From NCBI GenBank assembly GCA_963774955.1, contig CAVZGV010000006.1, positions 8,354 to 72,353 of the forward strand: a DNA stretch of 64,000 bases, read 5' to 3'. A program made the translations under genes and the position numbers. Numbering within the stretch: the stretch's first letter is position 1; each line of letters begins with the position of its first letter. Below the pieces are notes generated by a model, which saw nothing but the letters and a program-made list of their open reading frames with translations, had not been told where the DNA came from and made no database searches. This document shows positions 10,331 to 20,437 of this stretch, piece by piece. Source of the DNA: Candidatus Falkowbacteria bacterium. Its GTDB lineage: Bacteria > Patescibacteriota > Patescibacteriia > CAIXNZ01.

Positions 10331-10506
10331 ATAAATCACCTAAATATTGCCTATTGTGGATTCAATTATGTGGCTCGGAATCCAATTCCCTATTGGGAAT
10401 TGGATTCCTAACCTCCCAATATTCTTTACCTACGCCATTCGCATTAAATAAAAAACCGCCACAACTTCGCAGTTGGGCGGTAATATTAACTTGATTATGA
10501 ATCCAG

Positions 10507-10779
10507 CTATTTTTGGGTCAAATCGGCATTGACTATAATCAACCCGATTTCAGGCGCAAAAGCCACGATTTCAAAATCTTGACCTTCGCAGCCTTTTTCA
10601 CACAATGCAGCTTGGACATAAGCCGACAAAGGCTGGTTAGCGTGAGCAATATGACCGATACGGTCTTTGCCCCAATAATCATCCTCCATACCGGAACAAT
10701 ATCGTTCTTCCGGCTTTTTGAAGATGATCTTGGCTCCGCCTGTAAACCTGGTATTCGGATCAATTGGCTGATCGCTCAT
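10507..10779 (-). CDS. Small hypothetical protein
   Basis: AAAGGAGG before ATG; co-oriented with 10795-11091. Confidence 0.6.
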   Translation of the reverse strand: MSDQPIDPNTRFTGGAKIIFKKPEERYCSGMEDDYWGKDRIGHIAHANQPLSAYVQAALCEKGCEGQDFEIVAFAPEIGLIIVNADLTQK

Positions 10780-10794
10780 TTGTTCCTCCTTTAC

Positions 10795-11091
10795 TTAAAC
10801 AAAGTATCCTTTGCAAATATCGGCAAATTCCGGGCCGACTGTTTCGGCCATTAGCCGGTCATGTTCAGGCAATAAGTCTTTGATTGCCTGAGTGACTTTG
10901 GAAATCTGCCGGGCATTGCCTAAGGCCAAAATCACGGCCCTGCCTCCGAAATAATGCCAGTCAACTTTTTGACCGGACATTTGGGCCACTTGCTTAACCC
11001 ATTTTTCGATTTTTTCCGCCGGAATACTGTGGGTGGTAAAAAGGTGGGTGCCTTTCCTGTGAATTTTGTCATTACAAGGTTTCAGTCCCAT
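10795..11091 (-). CDS. Small hypothetical protein
   Basis: AAGGAGG before ATG. Confidence 0.6.
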   Translation of the reverse strand: MGLKPCNDKIHRKGTHLFTTHSIPAEKIEKWVKQVAQMSGQKVDWHYFGGRAVILALGNARQISKVTQAIKDLLPEHDRLMAETVGPEFADICKGYFV

Positions 11092-11118
11092 TACTCTCCT
11101 CCTTTTGTTTGATTGTGT

Positions 11119-11592
11119 TCAGCTATTTTTTCCTATGGTTATATTAGGATTACGATTATAAAAAGGGCTGATATATTTACCTCCTTTTGCTCTATAAATT
11201 TTACTTAAACCCAACTTAACTAATTCATCATTATCTGTCAAGCCTTTTTTATTCATTATCCCGATTACTGGTATTTTCAAAGTATAAGCTAAAGTATTGG
11301 CCACAGTACAGGTAATTCTTAGCGAAGTAAACGGGCCAGGGCCGGTTACGGCCATGATTCCAGTCAAATCAATGTTTTTAACTTTATTAGCCTTTAAAAT
11401 CTGCTCAATAGATTTTAACAAATATTCAGTCACTTTATAATCCCCGGATTGGCTGAGCTTATCTAAAATCTTATTTCCTGAAATCAAAAAAACATCCAAG
11501 TCCTTATCCTTAGATGTATTTAAAAACAAGATGTATTGTTTATTCTTTTTCTTCGTCATCCAAGACAGTAATTTTATTAAATATTTCATCAA
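11119..11592 (-). CDS. tsaB: Short TsaB (YeaZ) t6A biosynthesis protein; true start probably near 11562
   Basis: ILFLNTS, V.TGPGPFTSLRI, ANTLAY..KIPVIG, PFY. Confidence 0.8.
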   Translation of the reverse strand: MMKYLIKLLSWMTKKKNKQYILFLNTSKDKDLDVFLISGNKILDKLSQSGDYKVTEYLLKSIEQILKANKVKNIDLTGIMAVTGPGPFTSLRITCTVANTLAYTLKIPVIGIMNKKGLTDNDELVKLGLSKIYRAKGGKYISPFYNRNPNITIGKNS

Positions 11593-12160
11593 TCATGACA
11601 ATCTTATCGGCGTCCAAGATGGAATACAAAAATTTATCAGCCACACTGCGTCTATAATCAAATTCTTCTTTACTTAAAAAGGTATAATTAATTTCGCGTC
11701 TGAAATCCTTTTCAAAATTCTTGACAATTTTCTCAAATTTTTTCTTATTCAAATTACCGACGATTAACATATCAATCGGTAAATCCTTATCCCCGACAAA
11801 AAAACCGGTTAAAGCCAAGAAAAATACTTTGCCCGTCTTTTTCAAGGAAGTAGCGAAATTCTTTTCCAGAAGAAATTGGGCTTTTTGAAATGTTGATTTT
11901 AGTTCAGGGAAAATAATAAACTTAGTATTAACCTGATAAAATTTACACTTGGAATTCTGAGAGGTCTCTTCGGCTTTAAGCGTGACTATTTCCTTGATTA
12001 CTCCCAATTCTTCCAAGTTCTGTAATTCACGCCTAACCGCATTAATTTGTGAATTCAAAGCCCTGGTCAGTTCTCTGACAAAATACTTACCCTCCGGATT
12101 GCTTAAAAACACATGCAAAAGCTTGCATCTTGTTTGTGAACCAAATAATTGTTCAAGCAT
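11540..12160 (-). CDS. Winged-HTH regulator with nucleotidyltransferase-like C-terminal domain
   Basis: LFGSxTR.KLL, YFVREL, N.VRREL..L; IDMLIVG, REINY. Confidence 0.7.
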   Translation of the reverse strand: MLEQLFGSQTRCKLLHVFLSNPEGKYFVRELTRALNSQINAVRRELQNLEELGVIKEIVTLKAEETSQNSKCKFYQVNTKFIIFPELKSTFQKAQFLLEKNFATSLKKTGKVFFLALTGFFVGDKDLPIDMLIVGNLNKKKFEKIVKNFEKDFRREINYTFLSKEEFDYRRSVADKFLYSILDADKIVMIDEIFNKITVLDDEEKE

Positions 12161-12285
12161 AACTCAAAAATTAGGCTATATAGGCATTGAATAAATTATG
12201 TGTATAACTAGCTTCTAACCCTTGGCAAATTTGCCTATTTTTAGTATAATACAAATATCCAATTTAAGTCAATTAAAGACAAACA

Positions 12286-14532
12286 ATGGCTAATATCCTT
12301 AGTCAATTTTCTCATGTTTTCATTCACTATTATTCAAACAAGACGTCATCGGCTTGTAAGCTTTTTATTAGTGAACCGACGCAAAATCAGGAAAGACTTT
12401 TAGGCCGTCTGTTTGGAATTGTTGAGATTAATACCCCAAGCCGAGAAAACAGCCAGCTAATTAGTCAAATCATCGGTAATTTGGAAGAAGCCTATTACAG
12501 TCAGGCTGAGAATGAAGACCTTGATTTTACCGCCTGCCTGGAAAATTCACTAAAAGAAGTAAACCAACGTTTCAACGAAATGATCCGCAACAGGCAAATT
12601 ACCTTGGTCGGGAATTTGAATGAACAGACCATTAAAGAAAAGATCAATCTGGGTATCGGTGTGCTCAAAGAAAATCAGCTTTTCCTATCCTATCTTAATA
12701 ATATTAACATCTACTTGATTCACAAAACCAAGCAAGATTACAAAATAATTGATATTAAAAAAGTCGCTCAGGAAGGAAACAGTGCCGAAGCAACTCAGGC
12801 TACGAACTTATTTGCGAATATTATTTCAGGGGAATTAAATCCTCCTGATTTTTTAATTTTAGCCAACGGCAGTTTTTTAAATTACATAACCACTGAACGT
12901 GTTCAAAAAATTGTCACCTCTTTACCGATTCATAAAGCAGCTGAATATTTTAAAAATTCTTTACTCCAATATGAGGGTTATAATTTTGCTTCCATAATTA
13001 TAAAAAACAGCCCTAGCCAAGCAGAAGAAGCCAAGGAACCGGCATCTTTAACCTCAATTACAGAATTGAATTTTACCGAATCAACTACTGAAAAACTGCT
13101 GGCTCCGTCGATTTTAAACATAATCAAAAATTTTCTGGCTAAAATATATACTCTGTTAAAACGTTCTTCCACAGTCAAGAAAATTAACAACAAAACTGAA
13201 AAAGCCAGCTCAGAATCAACTGAAACTGTGAGTGTGCCGCAAGATAAAGAACCAAAAGCTTCCGTCACAACAGTGAGCGCTTTCGATAATTATTTCAGAA
13301 GTGTTAAAAGAGGTCTTAAAAGTATAGGCCAAAAATTTTCAAACAGCCAACTAATTGAAAATCTGAAAACTTTCTTGCGCATCAAGTCAGCCTATCTCGG
13401 ACATTTACTCCGAAAAATACCGAACTTCAGTAAATTTTTATTACTGTTTGCAAGCATTTTAATAATTTTATTTGTTTTTAGCGTTACTTATTTCAAACAG
13501 AAACAAGGTCAGACTATCTCCCAAAAAGAATACCAGGAATTGATCACCCAAATTCAGGAAAAGAAAAATCAATCAGAATCTGACCTGATTTATGGCGATG
13601 AGACCAAAGCCAGGACCAGTATAGGTGAAGCTCAGGTTTTATTAGCCTCACTACCGATTGATTCCAAGAGAGAAAAAGAAGTTCACGATAGCCTAAATCA
13701 AGAGCTTATGACCGTGGTGGCCAAACTGCGCAAAATTACTATTATTAATGATCCGCTCTTGGTTGCCGACCTCTCGGCACAACAGGATAATAACATAGAT
13801 ATCCAAAATATTGTATTACAAAATAATAATATTTTTGCTTTTGATTCTATCAATAATAACAGCTACACGATAAACATTGAAAGCCGCAATATCCAAAAAA
13901 ACCTGACAAATCTTAATGATATTGGCAAAATCGTCAAAGCCAGAAAAATAGCTGACAAAATTTTACTTTACCATGATAAGAACGGTTTCGTAGAATATAA
14001 TGATAATAAATATTCCCCTTTCTCGGTTGCTTTAAACCCGAATGCAAGTATTGCGGATTTTGCCGATTATAACAGCAGATTATATGTATTGGATATCGGT
14101 AATAATCAAATTATTCGACAGCCTCAAACTGATAACGGTTATGGCCCCGGAATAAACTGGTTCAAGACTGCGCAGGATATAAAAGATATTATAGCCTTAT
14201 CAATAGATACCAACATTTGGCTGTTAGATAAGAAAGGCGCAGTTTTAAAATTCACCAAGGGTATTCTCCAAGCTTTTGAGCTTAAAAATGTTGAGCCGAT
14301 CCTGGAGGCACCGACTAAATTATTTACTAATGACCAAACTAATTTTATTTATATTTTAGAACCAAAAAATAAAAGAATTGTGGTTATTGATAAATCCGGA
14401 GATCTGATTATCCAGTATTATAGCGATACCTTTAGTAATCCCCAGGATTTTGCAGTCTTGGAAAGCGAAAAGAAAATCTTTATTTCCAGTGATAATAAAA
14501 TATACTCTTTTGAGCTGACACATCTGAAATAA
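12286..14532 (+). CDS. Large membrane-anchored hypothetical protein (cytoplasmic N-domain, one TM, C-terminal beta-propeller-like region)
   Basis: 748-aa ORF; TM near aa 383-403; LYVLD..NNQI and IYILEP.NKRI NHL-like repeats. Confidence 0.7.
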   Translation: MANILSQFSHVFIHYYSNKTSSACKLFISEPTQNQERLLGRLFGIVEINTPSRENSQLISQIIGNLEEAYYSQAENEDLDFTACLENSLKEVNQRFNEMIRNRQITLVGNLNEQTIKEKINLGIGVLKENQLFLSYLNNINIYLIHKTKQDYKIIDIKKVAQEGNSAEATQATNLFANIISGELNPPDFLILANGSFLNYITTERVQKIVTSLPIHKAAEYFKNSLLQYEGYNFASIIIKNSPSQAEEAKEPASLTSITELNFTESTTEKLLAPSILNIIKNFLAKIYTLLKRSSTVKKINNKTEKASSESTETVSVPQDKEPKASVTTVSAFDNYFRSVKRGLKSIGQKFSNSQLIENLKTFLRIKSAYLGHLLRKIPNFSKFLLLFASILIILFVFSVTYFKQKQGQTISQKEYQELITQIQEKKNQSESDLIYGDETKARTSIGEAQVLLASLPIDSKREKEVHDSLNQELMTVVAKLRKITIINDPLLVADLSAQQDNNIDIQNIVLQNNNIFAFDSINNNSYTINIESRNIQKNLTNLNDIGKIVKARKIADKILLYHDKNGFVEYNDNKYSPFSVALNPNASIADFADYNSRLYVLDIGNNQIIRQPQTDNGYGPGINWFKTAQDIKDIIALSIDTNIWLLDKKGAVLKFTKGILQAFELKNVEPILEAPTKLFTNDQTNFIYILEPKNKRIVVIDKSGDLIIQYYSDTFSNPQDFAVLESEKKIFISSDNKIYSFELTHLK

Positions 14533-14596
14533 ATATAAATTTTAAACGTTAAAAGAGCTCCGCGCCGCGGAGCTCTTATTTTTTCCTTTTTATGGA

Positions 14597-14833
14597 TTAA
14601 ATTACGGTGCCGGCTATCGGCTTATCCACTGCATACGAGATCCAGACCGTGTGATGGCCACCGCATCCGCACTTGTAGCCACGGCCACCCTGACTGTCCA
14701 GGTCGAAAGATTTCCAGGGAGTGTGACATTCGGCACAGATACCGTTATTCCAGGCCTTTTTTTCCGAGGAACGAGCCCAGAAGCCTCCGGCAACCAGTAA
14801 AGCCACCAAAACCAACACAATTCCTAAATGCAT
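14597..14833 (-). CDS. Small TM protein with Cys motif (start re-called at MHLGIV)
   Basis: AAGGAGG SD; WNNGICAEC...GYKCGC. Confidence 0.6.
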   Translation of the reverse strand: MHLGIVLVLVALLVAGGFWARSSEKKAWNNGICAECHTPWKSFDLDSQGGRGYKCGCGGHHTVWISYAVDKPIAGTVI

Positions 14834-15001
14834 GTTTGCCTCCTTTGACCTTGAGAATTGAATCATTAAAGCTTTGATGAAAACAATACCAATATAATAG
14901 CATGTTTTTAAAAATTTGTCAATGTCTTTATCCACCTTAGACGCTACAAAGGGAATAAAACAAAAAACCCCGCAAAGCAGGGTTTTTTGGTATTACGAAG
15001 T

Positions 15002-15400
15002 TTATTTCAAATTCACACTGGCGCCGACTTCTACTAATTTCTTTCTGATTTCTTCGGCTTCTTCTTTTTTCACGCCTGCTTTAATAACTTTAGGTGCGGC
15101 ATCAACCATATCCTTGGCTTCTTTCAAGCCTAAACCAGTTACATCTTTGACAATTTTGATCACGCCGATCTTATTATCACCTACGGCAGACAATTCAATA
15201 TCGAATTCTGACTTAGCAGGTGCTGCATCAGCAGCAGCAGCTGGACCAGCCATCATGGCCATAGGAGCAGCAGCGCTAACGCCGAATTTGTCTTCCAGGA
15301 CTTTGACTAATTCAGCCAGGTCCAAAACAGACATTTTTTCAATTTCCGCAACCAAATCCTTGAATTTAGCCGGGACTTCAACTTTCTTTTCTTCTGACAT
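15002..15400 (-). CDS. rplL: 50S ribosomal protein L7/L12
   Basis: [33 protein letters not shown]. Confidence 0.98.
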   Translation of the reverse strand: MSEEKKVEVPAKFKDLVAEIEKMSVLDLAELVKVLEDKFGVSAAAPMAMMAGPAAAADAAPAKSEFDIELSAVGDNKIGVIKIVKDVTGLGLKEAKDMVDAAPKVIKAGVKKEEAEEIRKKLVEVGASVNLK

Positions 15401-15452
15401 ATTTTTGAAGTTAATTAGTTTATTAATTTATTGGTTAATTAGTTATATTTAA

Positions 15453-15977
15453 TTACACTTTGGAATCTTTAATGCCATTTAAGACATTCATTAAACCACG
15501 AATATTGGCTGCCAGCACATTCACAAAGCCGGAAACCGGTGAATTTATGCTGCGTACCAATTGGGCCAATAATTCCACTTTGGAAGGGATTTTTGATAAA
15601 GCCATCACCTGATCCAGATCAATAAACTTATTTTCCATGATACCACCTATCAAATTAAGGGCTTTATGTTCCTTGGAATAATTAGCAATAATTTTTGCTG
15701 GTGCCACTTCGTCTTCCAAGCCAATGACCAAAGCGATATTACCTTGCAAACCTTTAACATCAATATCTTTTAAACCTGCTTCTTCCAAGGCCCTTTGGAT
15801 TAAGGTCTTTTTGGCAACAATATACTGGACATTTTGCTTTTTACATAAGCTTTTGATTTCAGAGGCTTCTTTGACTTTCAAGCCTTTATAATCAGCAAAA
15901 ACCAAGCTTTTAAAACCTTTAAGCTTAGCAGTTAAATCTTGCAAAGACTGTTCTTTTTGAATTCTTGTTTTAGCCAT
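15453..15977 (-). CDS. rplJ: 50S ribosomal protein L10
   Basis: DYKGL.V, VAKKTL, LSKIPS..ELLAQL; upstream of rplL. Confidence 0.97.
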   Translation of the reverse strand: MAKTRIQKEQSLQDLTAKLKGFKSLVFADYKGLKVKEASEIKSLCKKQNVQYIVAKKTLIQRALEEAGLKDIDVKGLQGNIALVIGLEDEVAPAKIIANYSKEHKALNLIGGIMENKFIDLDQVMALSKIPSKVELLAQLVRSINSPVSGFVNVLAANIRGLMNVLNGIKDSKV

Positions 15978-15995
15978 AGAGTTATATAGGTTAGA

Positions 15996-16067
15996 TGAAC
16001 CACGAAAATATTTGACGAAATAACACGAAATTTCCGTGTATTTTCATGATTAAAATTTAGCGGTTCA
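15996..16067. repeat. Hairpin element built of CACGAAA repeats (copy 1)
   Basis: TGAACCACGAAA...GGTTCA; related copy at 36789-36861. Confidence 0.7.
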
Positions 16068-16084
16068 ATATTCATTATAAATAA

Positions 16085-16200
16085 AAAAATCTGCGCATTA
16101 CCGCAGAAAATCAATAGCCATATGCTATTAGCCATTAGCTATAAACTAATGTGTAACCTCGATAGGATTTATGCTTTGCAGCCACCTATTGTCTGCGGTT
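16085..16200 (-). promoter_or_regulatory. Ribosomal protein L10 leader
   Basis: CCGCAGACAATAGGTG...TAAATCCTATCGAGG upstream of rplJ, then a hairpin plus U-tract. Confidence 0.75.
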
Positions 16201-16278
16201 AAATACAGTATACCAGAAGCAAAAAATATGTCAAGAAAAAAGGGCATCTCAGCTGAGAATACCCTTTAACTTGGCTTT

Positions 16279-16545
16279 TTAGGCCACTTTGCCCTTGGCA
16301 ATGGCTGTCAAGGCATCTATGTTGTTTTTTGGTCCCCTGATGCAGATCATGGGCTCACCGTGATTGGTAACCACTTGAGTCACCCTGATGCTAAGCTGAG
16401 CCAATAATTCCGCCAAGTCAGGACGAAGATTGTTCCCTCCGTTAAGCAGACTTTTACCCACAAACCACCTGGTCTCTTCTGCTTCTGTCCTGACAGCTAA
16501 CAGAGGCACTTTCTCCTTCCCTCCATTAGTTCCCTTTTTCGGCAT
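16279..16545 (-). CDS. Small hypothetical protein
   Basis: AAGGAGGGG SD. Confidence 0.55.
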   Translation of the reverse strand: MPKKGTNGGKEKVPLLAVRTEAEETRWFVGKSLLNGGNNLRPDLAELLAQLSIRVTQVVTNHGEPMICIRGPKNNIDALTAIAKGKVA

Positions 16546-16931
16546 GACAATCCCCTCCTTGCTTCAAGTTAAACCCTCCTGAGGCGACAAAATAAGGATT
16601 TGCACCTTTTTTACCGCCATTTTTACCTTGCAGTTTTTTTAACCTGCGACGTTGTTTCCGATTCATTACGTTATGCCCCTCCTTGTTACAAACTTAAAGA
16701 GCTGACCTATTTGGCCAGCTCTTGGTATTTGAATAATCTCGCGATTTATACACAATTAAACAAGCTGGCTTTGCGTCCGCTAAAAAAGTAATAGGTAAAC
16801 CAAACTTGTTTTATAATATTCATATGTATTAAATTTATCACATGGCTAATTTTTGTCAAGAAATCTGGGGAAAAGTCGAACTTTTTAAAAGAAAAACCCC
16901 GCTGTGTTAAGCGAGGTTTGTTGATTAAGTT

Positions 16932-17175
16932 GGTTGAGACATAACAGGGCGATACGGATCCTTCCCACCTAAGTCAATTCCGAAGAATTAACCATAGCGG
17001 ACCCTCTCGTACCGGCTTAAGCCTATTGCCAAACGGCCTTCCCCATTTCTCCTTACCATTTCCTAAGAAGTTTGGCGTTCTTATTCAACGGTAAGTTGTT
17101 TTTTACCCTCCCATTTGCTTCAAAATCCAACGTGCAATTTCTAAGCATTTTGGGCTAGGCAGCCTTGTCTCAACC
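16932..17175 (-). ncRNA. Candidate structured ncRNA (~245 nt) of unknown family
   Basis: 10-bp closing stem GGTTGAGACA/TGTCTCAACC, several internal stems, a UUCG tetraloop hairpin, own promoter and terminator, no long ORF. Confidence 0.6.
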
Positions 17176-17251
17176 TGGTGGTAACAATACCTTAACAAAG
17201 CCCCAAAAAGTTGTCAAAAAGCCCCTGTGGATAACCACAAAGGCTTTTAGC

Positions 17252-17644
17252 TTAATCCAAGATCAAACCTCCAACATTAGCTGGATCTAGTTTGGTAGTC
17301 CCCATTGGATGGATTATGCCCCACCAGCCAGTGCCGACCATTAAATTAATGGTTCTGCCATTATCAAAAACTAATCTCTCGTCACGTGCATCTGTTTTAC
17401 TTTTACCCATCCATTGTTTCCAACTACCATGAAGACCGGCACTTTGAAGATACTCTAACCCAACCCAGGCTATTGGCTGATGAAGAATTTTTTCAGCCAG
17501 CCATTCAGTGTAAATCCGTAAAAACCCTGTGGGTTTTACCAGAATGTCATAAATTGGTCCACGGATCACTCCGCAAGGCGGGATAAAAAATTCCAGATCA
17601 CCACCGATTACGTCATTTCGACTCATAACTTGCTCCCATCCCAT
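17252..17644 (-). CDS. Hypothetical protein
   Basis: AGGGAGG SD, 130 aa. Confidence 0.6.
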   Translation of the reverse strand: MGWEQVMSRNDVIGGDLEFFIPPCGVIRGPIYDILVKPTGFLRIYTEWLAEKILHQPIAWVGLEYLQSAGLHGSWKQWMGKSKTDARDERLVFDNGRTINLMVGTGWWGIIHPMGTTKLDPANVGGLILD

Positions 17645-17721
17645 TTTCGTTCCTCCCTTCGGTCGTCATAGCTTTAGCGAAGGCGACCTTTAATTTTGAT
17701 TTGAGCAGTTTTAAGACTTGC

Positions 17722-18372
17722 TCAGGTCTGTTTCATCCTGATTCCCTCAGGCTTATAATCCAGAAATTTAAATCTCTTACGAAATAATTCATCTAAAACA
17801 TAAGCTGCGTTGCTTGCATATGAACCGTAATTTTTCACAACTTCAGCCAGCTGTTTTACTTTGTCCGCCCAAACCTTCTTAGTTTCCGGATCTATGCGAA
17901 TAACCAGCAGGACTTCGCACAAATCAACAATTGCCTTTTGCCTATACTCTGCTTCATCTTTAATACAGCCTTTCCAGTGAGGGCTAATCTTCAGCTCCTG
18001 ACAATCTTTAAAAAGCAATTCCAACAACCGTTGGGCAGGATCAAGATCTGGTTCTGGTCCTATGATTATCGGGTTATCAATAGGCCTTATACACATGTAA
18101 TTATCACAGGTGTCTTCAGTTAGGTTTAAAAGCTGCCCGCACCCAGGACACTTTTGAGTCAAGTTTGGGAAGAGCTTTTTACCTTCGGCTGACATGGGTT
18201 CACTGTTAAATTCTTCATCTCCACCATCCCATTGCAGAATAAAATATGGCCGGCCATCCTTAGCATACTCAACGTATTCAGTATAATAATACTTAGTTGA
18301 GTTTGGACCAGGCATAGCTCCCATTTTATAACAGGCTGAACTATACTTATAACTCCTTCCTATCTTTTTCAT
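17722..18372 (-). CDS. Hypothetical protein with CxxC...CxxxxC (start re-called at MKKIG)
   Basis: AGGGAGG SD before ATG at 18372. Confidence 0.6.
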   Translation of the reverse strand: MKKIGRSYKYSSACYKMGAMPGPNSTKYYYTEYVEYAKDGRPYFILQWDGGDEEFNSEPMSAEGKKLFPNLTQKCPGCGQLLNLTEDTCDNYMCIRPIDNPIIIGPEPDLDPAQRLLELLFKDCQELKISPHWKGCIKDEAEYRQKAIVDLCEVLLVIRIDPETKKVWADKVKQLAEVVKNYGSYASNAAYVLDELFRKRFKFLDYKPEGIRMKQT

Positions 18373-18410
18373 TTTCTTCCTCCCTTTTTGTTTGGTACTA
18401 AACAAACTTA

Positions 18411-19466
18411 CTACCTTAACTCAATTACCTGTTCCCAAGGATAATTTGAGTTACTAAAATGACCGTTTTTGGCCGTATCCAAGTAGATTGGCTGGCGCAG
18501 ATCTAATTTCTCAATTATAGCCAAGGGACGAAAATCAAATTTTTGTCTGACTAAATCAGTCAATTTCTGATCATAACCGTTTTCAGTTTCCACGATAACC
18601 ATCAAAGGCTCAGCTTTACCAATAGCATAAGCCACGCTGACCAGGCATTTTTTAGCCAAACCATTAGCCACCAGATTTTTAGCCACGTAGCGGCAGTAAT
18701 AAGCGGCTGAACGGTCAACTTTTGACGGATCTTTGCCTGAGAAAGCGCCACCGCCATGAGGCATCAAACCGCAATAGGTATCAACCATTATTTTGCGCCC
18801 GGTTAAACCTGTATCTGCTTCAAAACCGCCCAATTCAAATTTACCGGTCGGATTAATTAAAAATTCCACATCACTTAAATCCTCAACCAAGGTCGGCAAA
18901 AACTTTTTGATGATTAGAGACTTTAATTCATCTTGTTCAATATCTTTATCGTGCTGAACAGAAATCAAAATTGTTTTTAACTTATTACCCTGCAAAGTTA
19001 TTTGGGCTTTACCATCTGGTTTTAACCATGCGAACTCAGGATTATGTCTCCTGAATTCAGCTAGCGCCTTGGTAATTTTATGCACCAAAACAATTTCCTT
19101 AGGCAAAAATTCAGGAGTTTCGTCAGTGGCAAAACCATACATAATACCCTGATCTCCGGCTCCGCCAGTATCCACGCCTTGGGCAATATCAAGCGATTGT
19201 TTTTCTATTCTAGTTATAATTTCCAAATCCTCATGATAGCCAATATCTTTATAGACCCTTTGGACAATCTCAATCGGATTAACATTTCCTTTGGAAGTAA
19301 CTTCACCGCCAATGACCAAAAGTCCATGGCAGCCGAATGTTTCAATTGCTACTCGTGAATTTGGATCCTGCGCCAAATAAGCGTCTAAAATCGCATCGGA
19401 AATCTGGTCGCAGACTTTGTCAGGATGACCATCTGTCACCGATTCTACAGTAATAAATTTTTCCAT
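18411..19466 (-). CDS. metK: S-adenosylmethionine synthetase (start re-called at MEKFITVES)
   Basis: ESVTDGHPDKVCDQISD, GAGDQG, DTGLTGRKI, GGGAFSGKDPSKVDRS. Confidence 0.98.
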   Translation of the reverse strand: MEKFITVESVTDGHPDKVCDQISDAILDAYLAQDPNSRVAIETFGCHGLLVIGGEVTSKGNVNPIEIVQRVYKDIGYHEDLEIITRIEKQSLDIAQGVDTGGAGDQGIMYGFATDETPEFLPKEIVLVHKITKALAEFRRHNPEFAWLKPDGKAQITLQGNKLKTILISVQHDKDIEQDELKSLIIKKFLPTLVEDLSDVEFLINPTGKFELGGFEADTGLTGRKIMVDTYCGLMPHGGGAFSGKDPSKVDRSAAYYCRYVAKNLVANGLAKKCLVSVAYAIGKAEPLMVIVETENGYDQKLTDLVRQKFDFRPLAIIEKLDLRQPIYLDTAKNGHFSNSNYPWEQVIELR

Positions 19467-19528
19467 AAAGTATATGTTAATAATTAAAAAACTCTTTCCC
19501 AACGAGGAAAGAGCTAAAATATAAAATT

Positions 19529-19642
19529 ATTCATCTTTCCCTTGCGGGCAGGATTTAGCACCTTTTCCTCCTTCGCTAAAACTTAGGAGGATAGGTTGCT
19601 GCATAATTTAACGGGCCTGTTCCCTGCTATGCTCTTGATAAT
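19529..19642 (-). ncRNA. SAM-I riboswitch (proximal)
   Basis: ATTATCAAGAG...GGGAACAGGCCC...GCAACC...GGTGCTAAATCC...GATGA; terminator at 19487-19515. Confidence 0.88.
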
Positions 19643-19722
19643 TTATATTCAATTGTTAAAGGACTGCTATTAAAAACAAAAAATCTTACACGCTAGCTGG
19701 GGTAAGATCTAAATATATTACT

Positions 19723-19832
19723 TATTATCTTCCCCCGCGTTGCGAGGCTGAATTTAGCACCTTATGGCCAAAAACCACAGGTTGCTGGTGAGCTTGTAAC
19801 GGGTCAGTTCCCTTGCCCACTCTCTGGATAAT
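19723..19832 (-). ncRNA. SAM-I riboswitch (distal)
   Basis: ATTATCCAGAG...GGGAACTGACCC...GCAACC...GGTGCTAAATTC...GATAAT; terminator at 19679-19710. Confidence 0.88.
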
Positions 19833-19946
19833 GATTATTCAATTTTTAACTATGATTACATCTTAGCATATCTGAAGAAAAAAGTCAAGATACAAATGAT
19901 AAAAAAATCCCCACCGTGTCACGGCGAGGATTGAACATTATTTTTG

Positions 19947-20333
19947 TTAAAATCCTTCTTGTTCCAAATAAACTTCCATTGGAATTGCCGCCAGCATTCT
20001 GGCAAATTCCCGGAAATCCGGCTTACCGGTGCACACAAGCAACGCCTTGAGAGTAATGTCGCTTGGCTGGCAATGATTAAGTTCAGCCAGGATCCTTTTC
20101 ACCAGATCCAAGTTAAACTGGCTGACAAAGGCTTCAAATTCCTTGGGCCAATGCTGCCGCTGGATAACGAAATCTTTACTGACAACTCGTAAAGAGCCGT
20201 AATTCATGGCAATCAGGGCCTGATGCATGTCAGGATCAACTGTGATAAGCACAGTAGGCCCGTCAATGCTCTCAAATTCAACTGAAATCTGCTTGCCAGG
20301 CTTGAGAACCTGATCACGATATTCGTAAATCAT
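19947..20333 (-). CDS. Hypothetical protein
   Basis: AGGAGGG SD, own terminator. Confidence 0.6.
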   Translation of the reverse strand: MIYEYRDQVLKPGKQISVEFESIDGPTVLITVDPDMHQALIAMNYGSLRVVSKDFVIQRQHWPKEFEAFVSQFNLDLVKRILAELNHCQPSDITLKALLVCTGKPDFREFARMLAAIPMEVYLEQEGF

Positions 20334-20437
20334 TCTGCCCTCCTAAAGGATATTTGATCTTGATATAATAATCTATCATTTTTTATATCTTTTGTCAAGA
20401 TAAAAAAATCCCCACCGCGTCGCGGTGAGGATTAACC

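Noticed and set aside
16932-17175. RNase P RNA, tmRNA or SRP RNA
   Set aside because: I saw no GAGGAAAGUCC core, no tRNA-like ends or tag frame, and no SRP helix-8 motif.
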